A DNA stretch of 63,067 bases, counting the filler, from Octopus bimaculoides (Eukaryota): NCBI RefSeq assembly GCF_001194135.2. It is 3 parts of 3 records of this genome, joined end to end, with 100 filler letters (N's around TTAATTAATTAA, not from the genome) between each part and the next. Parts side by side here need not be neighbours in the genome. Positions count along the whole stretch, not along the records: positions 17,465 to 47,128 come from NC_068995.1; positions 47,229 to 63,067 come from NC_068989.1; 1 more part is not named here. One strand, written 5' to 3'. The notes beneath the pieces were generated by a model. That model was not told the origin of the DNA and did no database searches. It worked only from the letters and a program-made list of their open reading frames with translations. The number at the start of each line of letters is the position of its first letter. The first letter of the stretch is position 1. The translations under genes were made by a program, and so were the position numbers. Positions 40,394 to 53,355 of the stretch are shown in pieces.

Positions 40394-40724
40394 TAAATAA
40401 GGGCAAAAGAAAAAAAAAATCTTTGCCAATATACTGAAATAGACGCTAAATCGTCTAACCACATGAAAATGTTTTCATTTAATATTTTACGAATTTTTCC
40501 GAATTTCTGCTGGCTTGCTTCCTCGTTTCGACACGTGTGTAATAATAATAGTGAAAATATTTTAATGTGGTTAGATGATTTAGCGTCTATTTTAGTAAAT
40601 TGGCAAGGATATTTTTTTCTTTTGCCATTGTTTATAATTGTATTTATAATTTCACCTTTATAAGTATTCTTTAATATGCTGGCCACTGATAAAGTTTTTG
40701 GAAAAAAAAATTATCCTTATATTT

Positions 40725-40765
<41 letters not shown>

Positions 40766-40873
40766 TATTGTGTCTAGGGAGAGTCATTCACTTTTAGTGC
40801 CTTATTAATTTAACACTCTCCGGTCTGATTTCCACTAATTTATTTCCTTATGTTTACTAAACACGCACGCACC

Positions 40874-40905
<32 letters not shown>

Positions 40906-41156
40906 TATATACATACATATATATATTCTCTTGTTGTACATGGTGCTGCTAACAGAAAAGAAACTAGAAATGCATCAACCTTTCCACTAGAGGCCTACCA
41001 CGATATAAATGTTGCCGTTTTAACAACTAAAATCGCAAATTTTTGCCAAAGCCAAACAGCAGTGAATTCAATCAAAAGTGCTCCAAATATATTTAAAACT
41101 TATATTCAAAACACTGCTTCAACGCCCGTACTATAATACATACGTATATATATATG

Positions 41157-42427
41157 CAGAGGTGGACAAAGTAATGGAAACACCTAGCATCATAAATTTG
41201 AAATATTTATACAACCGTCAAAATTTTCTTCATTTTTATGTTTTTTGATTTATTATTAGTGTTGCTTAATATGTTTTGCTAAAATTGCTATTACTTTTCA
41301 GATATTATCAGAAAAAGGTAATTAAAATTCATTAAGATGACAGATCTATCGGACTTTCAAAGAGGTCAAATTGTTAGTGCTCGTATGGCAGGCGCTAGCG
41401 TAACGAAAACAGCCGAAATGTTTGGTGTATCAAAAAGTACTGTCTCGAAAGTAATGACAGCCTTTGACAAAGAGGGAAACACCTCCTCGTCGTAACAAAA
41501 CTCCGGAAGAAAACCAAAACTTTCCGATAGGGACCGTCGGGCTCTTACGCGAATTGCTAGAAAGGATCACAAAATTACAGCTCCCAAAATTACTGCAGAG
41601 CTTAAGGACTACCTCGAGAACCCAGTTTCCACAAAAACTTTTCGCCGGGAGCTGTACAAAGCCGGATTTCACCGGAGGGCTGCAATCAGAAAACCACCAC
41701 TTTCAAAAACAAATGTTGCAAAGCGATGAGAGTGGAACAAAAACCTACAGAATTGGTCCCTAGAGCAATGGAAGAATGTCATCTTCTCGGACAAATCATT
41801 TTTTACATAATTTCCGACTACCGGCCGAGTATACGTGTGGAGACAGCCAAAAGTAGCATTTGACCCAGACTACCTTCTTCCAACTGTTAAACGTGGAGAA
41901 GGATCTGCGATGATCTAGGAGGTGGAGTACTATATCTTGGAAATCCGCCGGCCCAATGGTTTCCCTTCATGGCAGAATTAATAGTCAAGACTATTTAAGC
42001 ATTTTATCTGATCAAATTCATCCTATGCTTCTGGAACTTTTTCCAGGGGGAAATGCAACCTTTCAGGATGATAATGCACCAATTGTAACAGCTAAAGTTG
42101 TTACTGAATGGCACGAGGAACATTCTAGTGAAGTTGAATATCTTATCTGACCACCACAGTCCCCATATCTCAATGTTATTGAACATTTATGGTGCATTTT
42201 AGAAAAACAAGTAAGGAATCGATATCCTCCACCATCATCACTACTAGAACTGGAGACTGTTTTAGCTGAAGAATGGACAAAAATTCCTTTGGAAACAATT
42301 CAAACTTTGTACGAGTCTATACTTCATAGAATTCAAGCTGTAATTACTGCCAAAGTCAGTCCTACCCCATAGTACAATAAATTTGTTTGAAATTTTAAGG
42401 TGTTTCCATTATTTTGTCCAACCCCTG
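41157..42427 (+). mobile_element. Tc1-family (DD34E) transposon with pseudogenised transposase (41337-42372)
   Basis: About 30-bp TIRs cagaggtggacaaagtaatggaaacacct / aggtgtttccattattttgtccaacccctg, flanked by tg / ta. Peptides MTDLSDFQRGQIVSARMAGASVTKTAEMFGVSKSTVSKV, SGRKPKL, WKNVIFSD, FQDDNAP and SPYLNVIEHLW. Several stops. Confidence 0.95.
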
Positions 42428-42456
42428 TATATGTATATGCGTGTGACTGTGTGTTA

Positions 42457-42536
<80 letters not shown>

Positions 42537-43207
42537 GCATATGAATATAAATATTTATTTTTAAGCGTGTAATGAAAAACATTAAGCGATACACTCCAGC
42601 ATTACTCAGTTTGTTACATATATATTAGGCGTATTTCTGTAATCCTGCAGACGATAATTTAAATAACATAAAATATATCGAAAGTTTCCTCGAAAGAGCC
42701 TTTGAGAGCAGTTTCAATTGACTATGGTTGGACACCCATTGGGATTTTTCTCAAAATGCTGAGGCTTCTTGCCGTGTATTTCACCGTCATTTATGGCCAC
42801 TCCACTATGTTATCTCACGAAAGATTGCAGCATTTGTCCACTTAACGCCACCAGAAGATCCTATTCAATAATTTCAAGATAGTTCAAGATTAAAATACAT
42901 AGGAATAAGTTTATGTTTTGTAACATAAACTACCGAGAACAGACCTTACAAATGCTGTATGGGAAGCTTCTGCGTTTTTTTATCTTTTTTTATTTTCACA
43001 TTTATTTACATTATCGGGTGAAATATCAGACGGTTGTAACCTGCGTTTATGTGAGAAACCATTTTGCCATAAACATGTCCTGTGTAATACGTACCGAGTG
43101 CTCTTATTGTTCATCTTCATTTGCACACGTAAACATTTAAGTGGGCGCGTGTGTGTGTATGTGTGTGTGTGCGTTCGTGCGCGTGCATACATATATTGTG
43201 ATTTATG

Positions 43208-43246
<39 letters not shown>

Positions 43247-44388
43247 NNNNNNNNNNNNNNNNNNNNNNNNNNNNNNNNNNNNNNNNNNNNNNNNNNNNNN
43301 NNNNNNNNNNNNNNNNNNNNNNNNNNNNNNNNNNNNNNNNNNNNNNNNNNNNNNNNNNNNNNNNNNNNNNNNNNNNNNNNNNNNNNNNNNNNNNNNNNNN
43401 NNNNNNNNNNNNNNNNNNNNNNNNNNNNNNNNNNNNNNNNNNNNNNNNNNNNNNNNNNNNNNNNNNNNNNNNNNNNNNNNNNNNNNNNNNNNNNNNNNNN
43501 NNNNNNNNNNNNNNNNNNNNNNNNNNNNNNNNNNNNNNNNNNNNNNNNNNNNNNNNNNNNNNNNNNNNNNNNNNNNNNNNNNNNNNNNNNNNNNNNNNNN
43601 NNNNNNNNNNNNNNNNNNNNNNNNNNNNNNNNNNNNNNNNNNNNNNNNNNNNNNNNNNNNNNNNNNNNNNNNNNNNNNNNNNNNNNNNNNNNNNNNNNNN
43701 NNNNNNNNNNNNNNNNNNNNNNNNNNNNNNNNNNNNNNNNNNNNNNNNNNNNNNNNNNNNNNNNNNNNNNNNNNNNNNNNNNNNNNNNNNNNNNNNNNNN
43801 NNNNNNNNNNNNNNNNNNNNNNNNNNNNNNNNNNNNNNNNNNNNNNNNNNNNNNNNNNNNNNNNNNNNNNNNNNNNNNNNNNNNNNNNNNNNNNNATATA
43901 CATATATGTATATACATACATGCGTACATGCATAAATGTACTTGTATAAGCATATACATATATTCAAATGTACAGCACTACATACATGTGTACATGCGTT
44001 CAGACATGCATACAAACATACATACATTCATACATACATATATACATCCATACGTACATACGTACATACTTGTATTTAGGCAGGATGACCTTTCTTTCAT
44101 GTGTTTTGACCAGCTGGCAACCTTTTCTATTTAGTAAACCAATCGGAACAATCTAGAATACACAGGAATTCCAAAAGGGAGTCAACACATCAAAGTGTAG
44201 TCATTCATTTCAAAGTATTCTTTCGACAAGGTGTGGGTGTGGCTTAATCGACATTTAGACATTGCCCCCTCGAGAAGTCTTTCAGCCAGACACACGCACC
44301 ACTCCCCTCCCCACACTGTAACTCCAGTAACACACGCACACAAACTTACAGACACACACGCAGACACGCACACTTGCATATATATACA

Positions 44389-44431
<43 letters not shown>

Positions 44432-44947
44432 NNNNNNNNNNNNNNNNNNNNNNNNNNNNNNNNNNNNNNNNNNNNNNNNNNNNNNNNNNNNNNNNNNNNN
44501 NNNNNNNNNNNNNNNNNNNNNNNNNNNNNNNNNNNNNNNNNNNNNNNNNNNNNNNNNNNNNNNNNNNNNNNNNNNNNNNNNNNNNNNNNNNNNNNNNNNN
44601 NNNNNNNNNNNNNNNNNNNNNNNNNNNNNNNNNNNNNNNNNNNNNNNNNNNNNNNNNNNNNNNNNNNNNNNNNNNNNNNNNNNNNNNNNNNNNNNNNNNN
44701 NNNNNNNNNNNNNNNNNNNNNNNNNNNNNNNNNNNNNNNNNNNNNNNNNNNNNNNNNNNNNNNNNNNNNNNNNNNNNNNNNNNNNNNNNNNNNATATAAA
44801 TTCGTAAACAAATACATATAATATATATAATATATATATACATATATATACATGCATATTTATATATATGTATACATGCGTATATATGTACGTGTTTATA
44901 TATGCACATATATATACAAACACATACATGCAGGCACTTATACATTT

Positions 44948-44987
<40 letters not shown>

Positions 44988-45497
44988 GCTCACTCACACA
45001 CATATACCTACATACATTTGCCGACCTTTTTACACCGCAGTCTTACAGATTAGGTTGCATTTAACAAGCACTTCCATAATTGTTCTGCTCTATATGTTAA
45101 AACAACACAACTCAAAATGTTACCGCGCGTATATGAAATGATACACATTCATAAACATAGACACACTGACACACATACAAGCCCTTACACATCTGCACAC
45201 ATTCAGCCTCACACACTCAACCACACACACATACACACAGAGATAGACACACACGTACATTATATTCTATTATATTATTATATTTTACGCTCTTGTGCGC
45301 TATAACGCAGTTTATGATAGACTCCATTGTTACTCGGAGTTTCAAAATATTGATCCGTTCTGATATTATTGCCTTATCGATACAGAATGTACAACGTTTG
45401 CAGCATGCGTGCTACCTCGGGCAGCAAAGCGACGATCCGTTAACTGAGTTTCAATAAATATCAGCTTCACATCATGTTCCATTATACATATATATAT

Positions 45498-45577
<80 letters not shown>

Positions 45578-46009
45578 TGTGTGTGTATATGTATATATAT
45601 ATATGTATATATATATGTGTATATATATATATGTATATATATGTGTGTGTATATATATGTACACACACATAAACACACACACACACATATTTGCGCATGC
45701 GCGTGCTGTAAAATGTAAGTATGTAAAAACAAACAACAGGGATCGGTTTTGTTAGTGACATTTATGTCTGTAACCATAATATGTTGAGTTGTTACAATAG
45801 AGCAGATCATATGAAATAAGGAAGTAAGCAAGTATGACACCGTCTTACTTGCTTATTTCATATAATCCACTCCGTTCTAACGACTCAGACGTTTCGTTTA
45901 AAAACACAAGTTCCAAGATCTGAACCGATACCAGTCGTTTGCCTGTTCATGCATTCATTCTACGGTACACGTAACCTACTCCATATTGGACCACTTATAG
46001 GCATTCATT

Positions 46010-46387
46010 GTGGAGGTGCAATAGCCCGGTGGTTAGGGCAGCGGACTCATGGTCGTAGGATCGCGGTTTCGATTCCCAGATCGGGCGTTGTGAGTGTTTA
46101 TTGAGCGAAAACACCTAAAGCTCCACGAGGTTCCGGCAGGGGGATGGTGGCGAACCCTGCTGTACTCTTTCACCACAACTTTCTCTCACTCTTTCTTCCT
46201 GTTTCTGTTGTACCTGTATTTCAAAGGGCCAGCCTTGTCACACTCTGTGTCACGCTGAATCTCCCCGAGAACTATGTTAAAGGTACACGTGTCTGTGGAG
46301 TGCTCAGCCACTTGTACGTTAATTTCACGAGCAGGCTGTTCGTTGAACGGATCAACTGGAACCCTCGTCGTCGTAATCGACGAAAGA
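46010..46387 (+). mobile_element. SINE B with 13-14-bp TSD
   Basis: ataggcattcattg at 45997-46010 and 46388-46401; tRNA-like head gtggaggtgcaatagcccggtggttaggg...gtttcgattccc. Confidence 0.95.
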
Positions 46388-46444
46388 ATAGGCATTCATT
46401 GCTAAGCAGCCATCGTATCACAGCTTTCTGCTTTAGATGCAGTT

Positions 46445-46700
46445 CACTGTGTGGTCAAGGTGTTGCACTCACAATCGTGAGATCGGGGTTTCAATTCTTA
46501 GATCGGGGTTTCAATTCTTCGGTCACTTCGACACCTGACGCATGGCACGCTTTTTGCACCTGTTCAGACAACCTCGAATCGATGGACGGCGTCAGTTTAA
46601 TGTGCGGCACATATATTTGATTTGATCACTATAAGCAAATCATTTGCGAAGGTCATTCGGCAAAAGCTGGACTCTCATACATCGCCTTCGACGGAAGAGT
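46445..46700 (+). mobile_element. Possible additional degenerate tRNA-derived SINE
   Basis: gtgtggtcaaggtgttgcactcacaatcgtgagatcggggtttcaattc has an A/B-box-like layout and a 20-bp tandem duplication of agatcggggtttcaattctt. Only one copy is seen. Confidence 0.4.
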
Positions 46701-47128
46701 TCCTCATGTGTATGAGTATGTGTGTGTCTGTGTGTGTGTGTGTATAGACATAAATATAAATACGCATACACACACATATATTGATCACAGAAAACAAATT
46801 ATTTGTATTTAGAGTTCTGCTTTGAGATCGTTTCCATGATTGAATGAAAATGATATTCTACCAAAGAGCATTTCGTCGGACAAATGAATCGTGAACTTTG
46901 GGTGGTGGTAACAGACACGCTTACACACAAAAGCACATACACACACTCACTCACTTCTGCACTCAGACACTTCTTGTTTTATATGGCGAAGTTGAATCGC
47001 CATTTTCACCATGCTTGTTTTTTAGTGAGCTTTCTGTGGCTTCGAAGTTATCTGACTCCCATTTCTATCAAAGCTGGTACTTTCTAGCACCATAATGTTT
47101 TTAACTTTATATATATATATATATATAT

Positions 47129-47228
47129 NNNNNNNNNNNNNNNNNNNNNNNNNNNNNNNNNNNNNNNNNNNNTTAATTAATTAANNNNNNNNNNNNNNNN
47201 NNNNNNNNNNNNNNNNNNNNNNNNNNNN
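47129..47228. other. Assembly spacer: 44 N + TTAATTAATTAA + 44 N
   Basis: Identical to 17365-17464. Confidence 0.9.
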
Positions 47229-47749
47229 CTTCTTCAGTTGTCCCTGTTCAATCTACTCCGCGTTTCGAAGGCAAGGACAATACGCGACTTCGTTGGAACA
47301 GTCCTTCCCGCAAAGCAAATTAATATAATTTGGAATTTTTTGCGGAGGGTGAAAGTGTAAACAAGAACAGGACAGTGAGAACAAGACAGTAAAAGACAGT
47401 AAAAACAAGACAGAACAGTGAAAACAAACGGTAAGGGCTGTTAGGCCAAGACGATAGAAAAATTATTATTTTCAACGCGAAGTTAGATGTGAATGAGAGA
47501 CAAAAAAATTCACGTCTTCTCTATAGGAAGGCAGGAAGTAGAAAGAAAGAATACCTTTCGTCACGTGTCAGCGACGAGAGGATCAAGGAGGAAGAATGAA
47601 TGAGAGGGAACGGTGAAAGGAAGAGAAGAATAGGGGAGGGTTGGTAGAGAAAAACAGAAAGGATGAAGAACAAGAGAGGGAGAGAAATAGACAGGTAAGT
47701 GATAGTAATAGTAGTAGAGTGCGCAGTAGAAATTATTAAGATAAAACTT

Positions 47750-48587
47750 CAAGCTCGCGTGAGTTAACAGCAAAGTTTGATGTTTCGATTCCACCTGTAT
47801 TGGACCATCTGAAACAAATCGTCAAGGTAAAGAAGCTGGACAAATGTGTACCAAACGAACTGAACGAGTATCAAATGACACGTCATCTTGAAACTTGCTG
47901 TTTTTCCCTGTCACAGCATAAAAGTGAAACATTCTTGCATCGTATTGTTACGTGATGAAAAATGGATTCTTTTCAACAATAACAAGCGTTCTGCACGGTG
48001 GTTGGATAGAGACGAAGTGCCAAAACACAATCCAAAAAAGAATATTCACCAAAAAAAGCTAATGATGTCTGTTTGGTGGTGCCGTGCTGGTGTCATCCAC
48101 TACAGCTTCATGAGACTTGGTAAGTCAATTACAGCGGATGTATGCGCCAACCAACTGGATGAAATAATGAGTGAACTTGCCATTAAACAACCCAGATTGG
48201 TCAATAGAGACAGGCCAATTCTCTTGCAAGACAATGCTCGACCACGTGTTGCACAAAGAACGTTACTCAAGTTACAGGAACTGACCTTGGAAGTACTTTG
48301 ACATTCACCATATTCACCAGACCTTGCACCAACTATTACATTTCCGAGGCAGTAGATAACTTTTTGCAAGGAAAAAACTTCAAATATTAAGAAGCAAAAA
48401 CAGCCTTTCGTGATTTCATCACCTCTTGCTCTCCAGAATTCTGCCGGCATAAATAAGCTACCGATGAAATGGTAAAATTCTGTTGATAATTTATGTGCAT
48501 ACATTTATTAGCTGCATTGCTTTTTGTTGAAATAAAGTAAAATAAACTTTCAGTTCAAAATCGGACATTTCATTCTTAATGACCTGA
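47750..48587 (+). mobile_element. 5'-truncated mariner (DD34D-type) transposon, second family
   Basis: RELTAKFDVSIPPVLDHLKQI, KKLDKCVPNEL, FLHRIVT/DEKWILFNN, LLQDNARP and HSPYSPDLAP. Candidate right TIR cggacatttcattcttaatgacctga. Confidence 0.9.
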
Positions 48588-48599
48588 CACATATACTTC

Positions 48600-49580
48600 C
48601 ACCTTCTCTTAATTCTGTGGGCAAACAGCCCTTAAATTACCTTTGTTACCGCATTGATAGCAGGTAGGTATCCCTTCCACCATTATTCTCATTGTATATC
48701 CATCCGGTAATCTCACCTCTTCTGCAATCTCATGATCTCCGTTAGACCAACTAGAACCGTGAACTCCAGCCCTTATCCCCATCAGTTGATTTCCTCCGTT
48801 CTTGTTATTTCAACACTTTTGCTTCATCTTCTATATTTTCCATCGCCGCTGCCACCAACCATGCCTCCTCTATTTCAGGAGGCACCCTTTCAATCGTGAT
48901 TCTGGACACGCTTCTCCCACAATAACTTGGTAGTAAGGTCCACAACTTGGTTTTAATTGGCACGGTTGAGTGGTTTATCACTAACTCCTCGCTAGCGAAC
49001 CTAACCTCAACTGTGCTGAATTTTCTTCCTCTGGCATAGAAGGTGGTGTACTCCTTCACCTCCTTTAAACATTCTTCAATCTCCTCTGTCCGAGCTACCT
49101 CAATTTGCTTCAGAACTTTCGACCACGTTCTGTAGACGACAGTTCTCTTTTCCACCTTTTTACAACACACAATTCCGGTTAACCGGTACTCCCGGACAAA
49201 AGGTACACCAAAAGTGAACAGAGACAAAGCAGCAGGAACACAGCTTCAAACAAAATCCACCACAAATTGGTAAAAATTCAGAAAATTTTTTCACAAGAAT
49301 TTCACAATTTTTGGAGGTGGAATACGCCTCCAAAACAGCACTCTTCTCACAGCTAGGTGAGACACTTAGTGCAACTAAAGGCAGACAAAGGCCCCGGAAT
49401 CCAGTGGGGATTTCTTGTTCGAAAAAAAAATGGACAACAAATAACAAACCCCCACTGAATCCCCACAAAAAACAAACGTCTTACCTTATAGTTGCACCTT
49501 CACAGTTCTTCAATTCAAGACCGCTGCAAAGCAACGTCTTGGCAACACCAGTGCATAAGTAAAACTAACTGACGCATGCG
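48600..49580 (-). mobile_element. 5' UTR and ORF1 (gag-like) of an L1/Tx1-type LINE, 3'-truncated
   Basis: ORF 48805-49227, then after a disruption IMVEGIPTCYQCGNKGNLRAVCP, a C-x2-C-x4-(H>N)-x4-C knuckle typical of non-LTR ORF1. The clade assignment is inference. Confidence 0.65.
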
Positions 49581-49619
49581 CGTAAGCGAGCTACTTTCCA
49601 CACTGCCACTCCTGCGCCT
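49581..49619 (-). mobile_element. SINE A tRNA-head fragment (first about 39 nt)
   Basis: Minus strand aggcgcaggagtggcagtgtggaaagtagctcgcttacg vs SINE A aggcgtaggagtggctgtgtggtaagtagcttgcttacg. Confidence 0.85.
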
Positions 49620-51035
49620 GGTGATAAATTAATAAGAAAAAGTTTCAACCGTCAAACAAAGCGAGTTGCAAAAAGTTTGTGTCACAGTCAAGTCGCTACA
49701 ATATTTATAACACACTAAAGCGTGAAATGCTGCCACAAGAATATTGCCCATATACCTTTTATAGCGCTAATGAGGAGTACAAATATTTCCTGAACTCTAT
49801 TTTAAAAATAAAGACCATTTGGTTGATTAGCAAAACTTTACTGAGCAACATGCTGCTGCCTCTAGTTCACAAACATGTTTCACCATTTTGTCTTTTCTAA
49901 AGTTGATATAATGCATGGGATAGAATATAACAACATTGCGTCCAGATATAAAGGGGACTGGTACAGATAGACACCTGTTACAGAGTAACTATAGTTCTAG
50001 AAAGGTGCACAGTGCTTTCACTTTGTGTTGTCTGATGCATTTGCTTCTTCTCTTTTCTCTCATCCACTGGATCCGACATTAATACTTTGTTTAATCATTC
50101 TTTTTCAAAATTGCAACCCGCAAAATTTCCTCCTACGTTTATTTATTCACTTCTCTTATTTTTTCAGACAGAGAGCCGTTGGAATGGGATGGGACATCAG
50201 TCATTTCAATCACGCTAATTTAGAACGGGACACCTGCAAAAGTCACGATAGCTGCTCCTTCTACTCCAACAAATTCATTTTTCAAAAGAAATACACTTCA
50301 TTCCGAGAAATGTCTTCTTATTTATCGCTTGTGATTTCACAAATGTGACGTAAGAGAAAAAACAAACTGTGATGAGTAATTCGTTCTTAGACACTTCTTC
50401 AGTCAGCCATTTATACTGTTAACAGTATGCATTAGCACAACCATAGAACAGATTAAATTACAAACAAAACACAAATAGATGGGCTGCCATTTTAGATTAA
50501 GCTAGCCTTTTAATGTCATGGTTTCCACTTTTCTCATCATCATCATATCCTTCCTTGTCTTCTCCTCTTTCATCTTCACTTCCTCCTCCGTATCTTCTTC
50601 CTCCTCTCCCTCATCTTTCTCTTCTTTTTACCGTCTTCTTCGAGTTCTTGGTCTTCCGGTTCTCTTCTTTTCCCGTTTCACTTTAATTCATTGATTATTT
50701 ATTATTTCTCTCCTCGTTCTTTTTTTTATTTTCTTCTTACCCTTTTGACGTCCTTTGCCATCAACTTATTTAACAGGAAAACTCATCCGACATTTGATAG
50801 CAGTCATGGCTGTCGGTGATGTGGAAACAATCATTTCAAGGATCGTAAATAGTTGTTTTTGTTTTTGTTGTTATGCATTTCTTTATTTTTCCTTGTATAT
50901 GTATTGGAGCGTCTCCTTTACAAGAGCCATACAACTCCATTTATTGTACATGCCAATCCAAATAACACATCAATATATTTCCGCACTTGTCTCTTGTGAT
51001 ATCAAGTTTAATCTGTCTATTCCAGCAAAAGAATA

Positions 51036-51037
<2 letters not shown>

Positions 51038-51089
<52 letters not shown>

Positions 51090-51123
51090 CAGCAGCAGCA
51101 GTTGCAGTTGCAGTTGCAGTTGC

Positions 51124-51164
<41 letters not shown>

Positions 51165-51189
51165 CAGCAGCAGTTGCAGTTGCAGTTGC

Positions 51190-51248
<59 letters not shown>

Positions 51249-51250
51249 CA
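51038..51250. repeat. Higher-order microsatellite: [(GTA)n-GTG-(GCA)n-(GTTGCA)n] x2, then (GTA)n
   Basis: Seen directly. Confidence 0.9.
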
Positions 51251-51800
51251 ACAGCAGGAGCAACGGCAGCAACAACAGGAGAAACGGTAACAAAACAATA
51301 GAAACAAAAATAGCAATATATAATAAACATAATAATAATTACAGTAGCAAAATGATCGAATCAATATTGTCATCAGTATCATCATTATTATCGCCATCAT
51401 TGTCATACTGAAGGTAGTGTGATGTTTGTGACTATAATGACACTGACTGCATAAAGAGAAAGTTAGTCTGGTAAAGTGAAGGTACAATACAGGCATGATT
51501 AGCCCCCGGACCTTACTGGTTCTCGTTTCATTAACCATGACAGGTGTAAGGCCAAAAGTCAATTGCACTTCAGTTGGTTAAGTAATAGCCATTGTCTAGT
51601 TTGGTTCTATGTAAAATCAGCTTTCTAAACTATTCTTATCATTAGGTTGATAATATTATTGTTGCTGCTGTCTTGTAAAGTCGGCAAGCTGGTAGAATCG
51701 TTAGCACACCGGGCAAGAAGCTAATCGACCTTAGATATTATATTACACTCTTTCACAAACCTCAATGACGACATCCCATTCTCCCATTTCATAGTTGTTT

Positions 51801-51833
<33 letters not shown>

Positions 51834-52704
51834 CATACATATATATATATANNNNNNNNNNNNNNNNNNNNNNNNNNNNNNNNNNNNNNNNNNNNNNNNN
51901 NNNNNNNNNNNNNNNNNNNNNNNNNNNNNNNNNNNNNNNNTATATATAGGAGAGCATAGAGCAACATTGCGCATAGAAACAAAGGCTTCTTAATCAGATT
52001 GATACCTATTAAAGAGTAGCTATTGTGGCTTCTAGGCAATATTTCAGAATCGAGTAAAAGTATACTGATATGTATGATAACATGAAAGAAAAATGTTTAA
52101 AAGTACTTGACATATAAGAAAAAATACAGTAAAGTAAAAAAGAGAATTCAAGATCAAAATCCATAAAAGTATTTATGCAAAAAAAAAAAATACCGTCTCC
52201 CGCAGAAAGAAAGGAAATGAGCCAGTATGGATATCAACATTGAGACAAATTCTGAAATCGACACGTCTGACATGTATCCATATAATTTATATGACAGATC
52301 ATCTTCTGGTATCATGCTCCTGAAAATGCCATTCAATACTTCCCGTATTTTAGCTGTATCGATAAATAAGGTTTAAAATATGCTAGTATTGATTTATTCC
52401 GTAAAATATTTAAGCTTCAGGTTGGGTATTTAACAGGTTTGGTTGCCAAGTGCAGAGAAAACAGCTAACATTCCGAGATATGTTTCTTCGGTAATAGAGA
52501 CTGAGAGTCGAAGAGATAATAGCAGTAAATTAAAGATGAGCAGATGAAGTGTTGATCACGAGGGCCAAGAAAGAGAGGCATTTTGAGAATAAAGAGACGG
52601 AAGAACAGGTGACAAGTAGGAAAGTGGGGTATGCGTTTTTTAACGTAAGAGGTGACAAGTGAGAGAGGGAATGAGGAAAGTGCAGCCTTCTTTAAACTCG
52701 TGAC

Positions 52705-53170
52705 CGCTACATCACATCAACACTTCGAAGACTATGAATTTGCAATCCAAGAACAGGAGATTGCTGCGAAATACTTAATAAACAAAAGAAACACTGAATC
52801 TTCTGGAGCCCCAAGATGCCACCGAAAATACCGATTATGTTACATTTCTGTAGAAGACATCACATATGTCCTCAGCAGCTGCCCAAAAATATCCTCAACG
52901 TATAACCTCTCAATGTGTCATTACGTTATTGATAAACAAAATATAATAGCATCCGCAAAAAAGTCTTATGATAAATATAGATCATTCCCCTGTTACTGAA
53001 TACATACATAAACACTTATATAAGGCAAATGGGTGAAAAATGTTTGATAGGAATTTTCTCAAGTTCAAAATGTAACGTTTTTGTTATTTACATTCCACAA
53101 TAGACTTTCGTATCCTTCTTAGAAACCAGCTTACAGGAAAACTTCAAAATATTTAAAATAGAAGAGAACA
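52705..53170 (+). mobile_element. R4/Dong-type RLE LINE fragment, copy A (internally deleted)
   Basis: HFEDYEFAIQEQEIAAKYLINKR...YRLCYISVEDITYVLSSCPK. ORF end ttctcaagttcaaaatgtaa and 3' end aaatagaagaga match copy B. Followed by (CATA)n. Confidence 0.8.
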
Positions 53171-53355
53171 TAGATACATACAAACACACACACATACATG
53201 CAAACATGTTTATTTATACACACAAACATACATGCATGCATATTTGTACATACATACATACATACATACATACATACATACATACATACATACACACATA
53301 CATACATACATACATACATACATACATACATACATACATACATACATACATACAT
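53170..53355. repeat. (TACA)n array between LINE copies A and B (others at 55226-55345 and 56433-56484)
   Basis: Seen directly. Confidence 0.95.

Noticed and set aside
46010-46085. tRNA-like sequences (also SINE heads at 26095, 30078, 39738, 23795)
   Set aside because: No complete cloverleaf, and each continues into a SINE body, often with a TSD; these are not tRNA genes.
47230-47310. Minus-strand ccaacgaag...cgaaacgcggagta, hammerhead-like
   Set aside because: The core reads CCAACGA rather than CUGANGA and the stems do not pair convincingly; at most a decayed relic.
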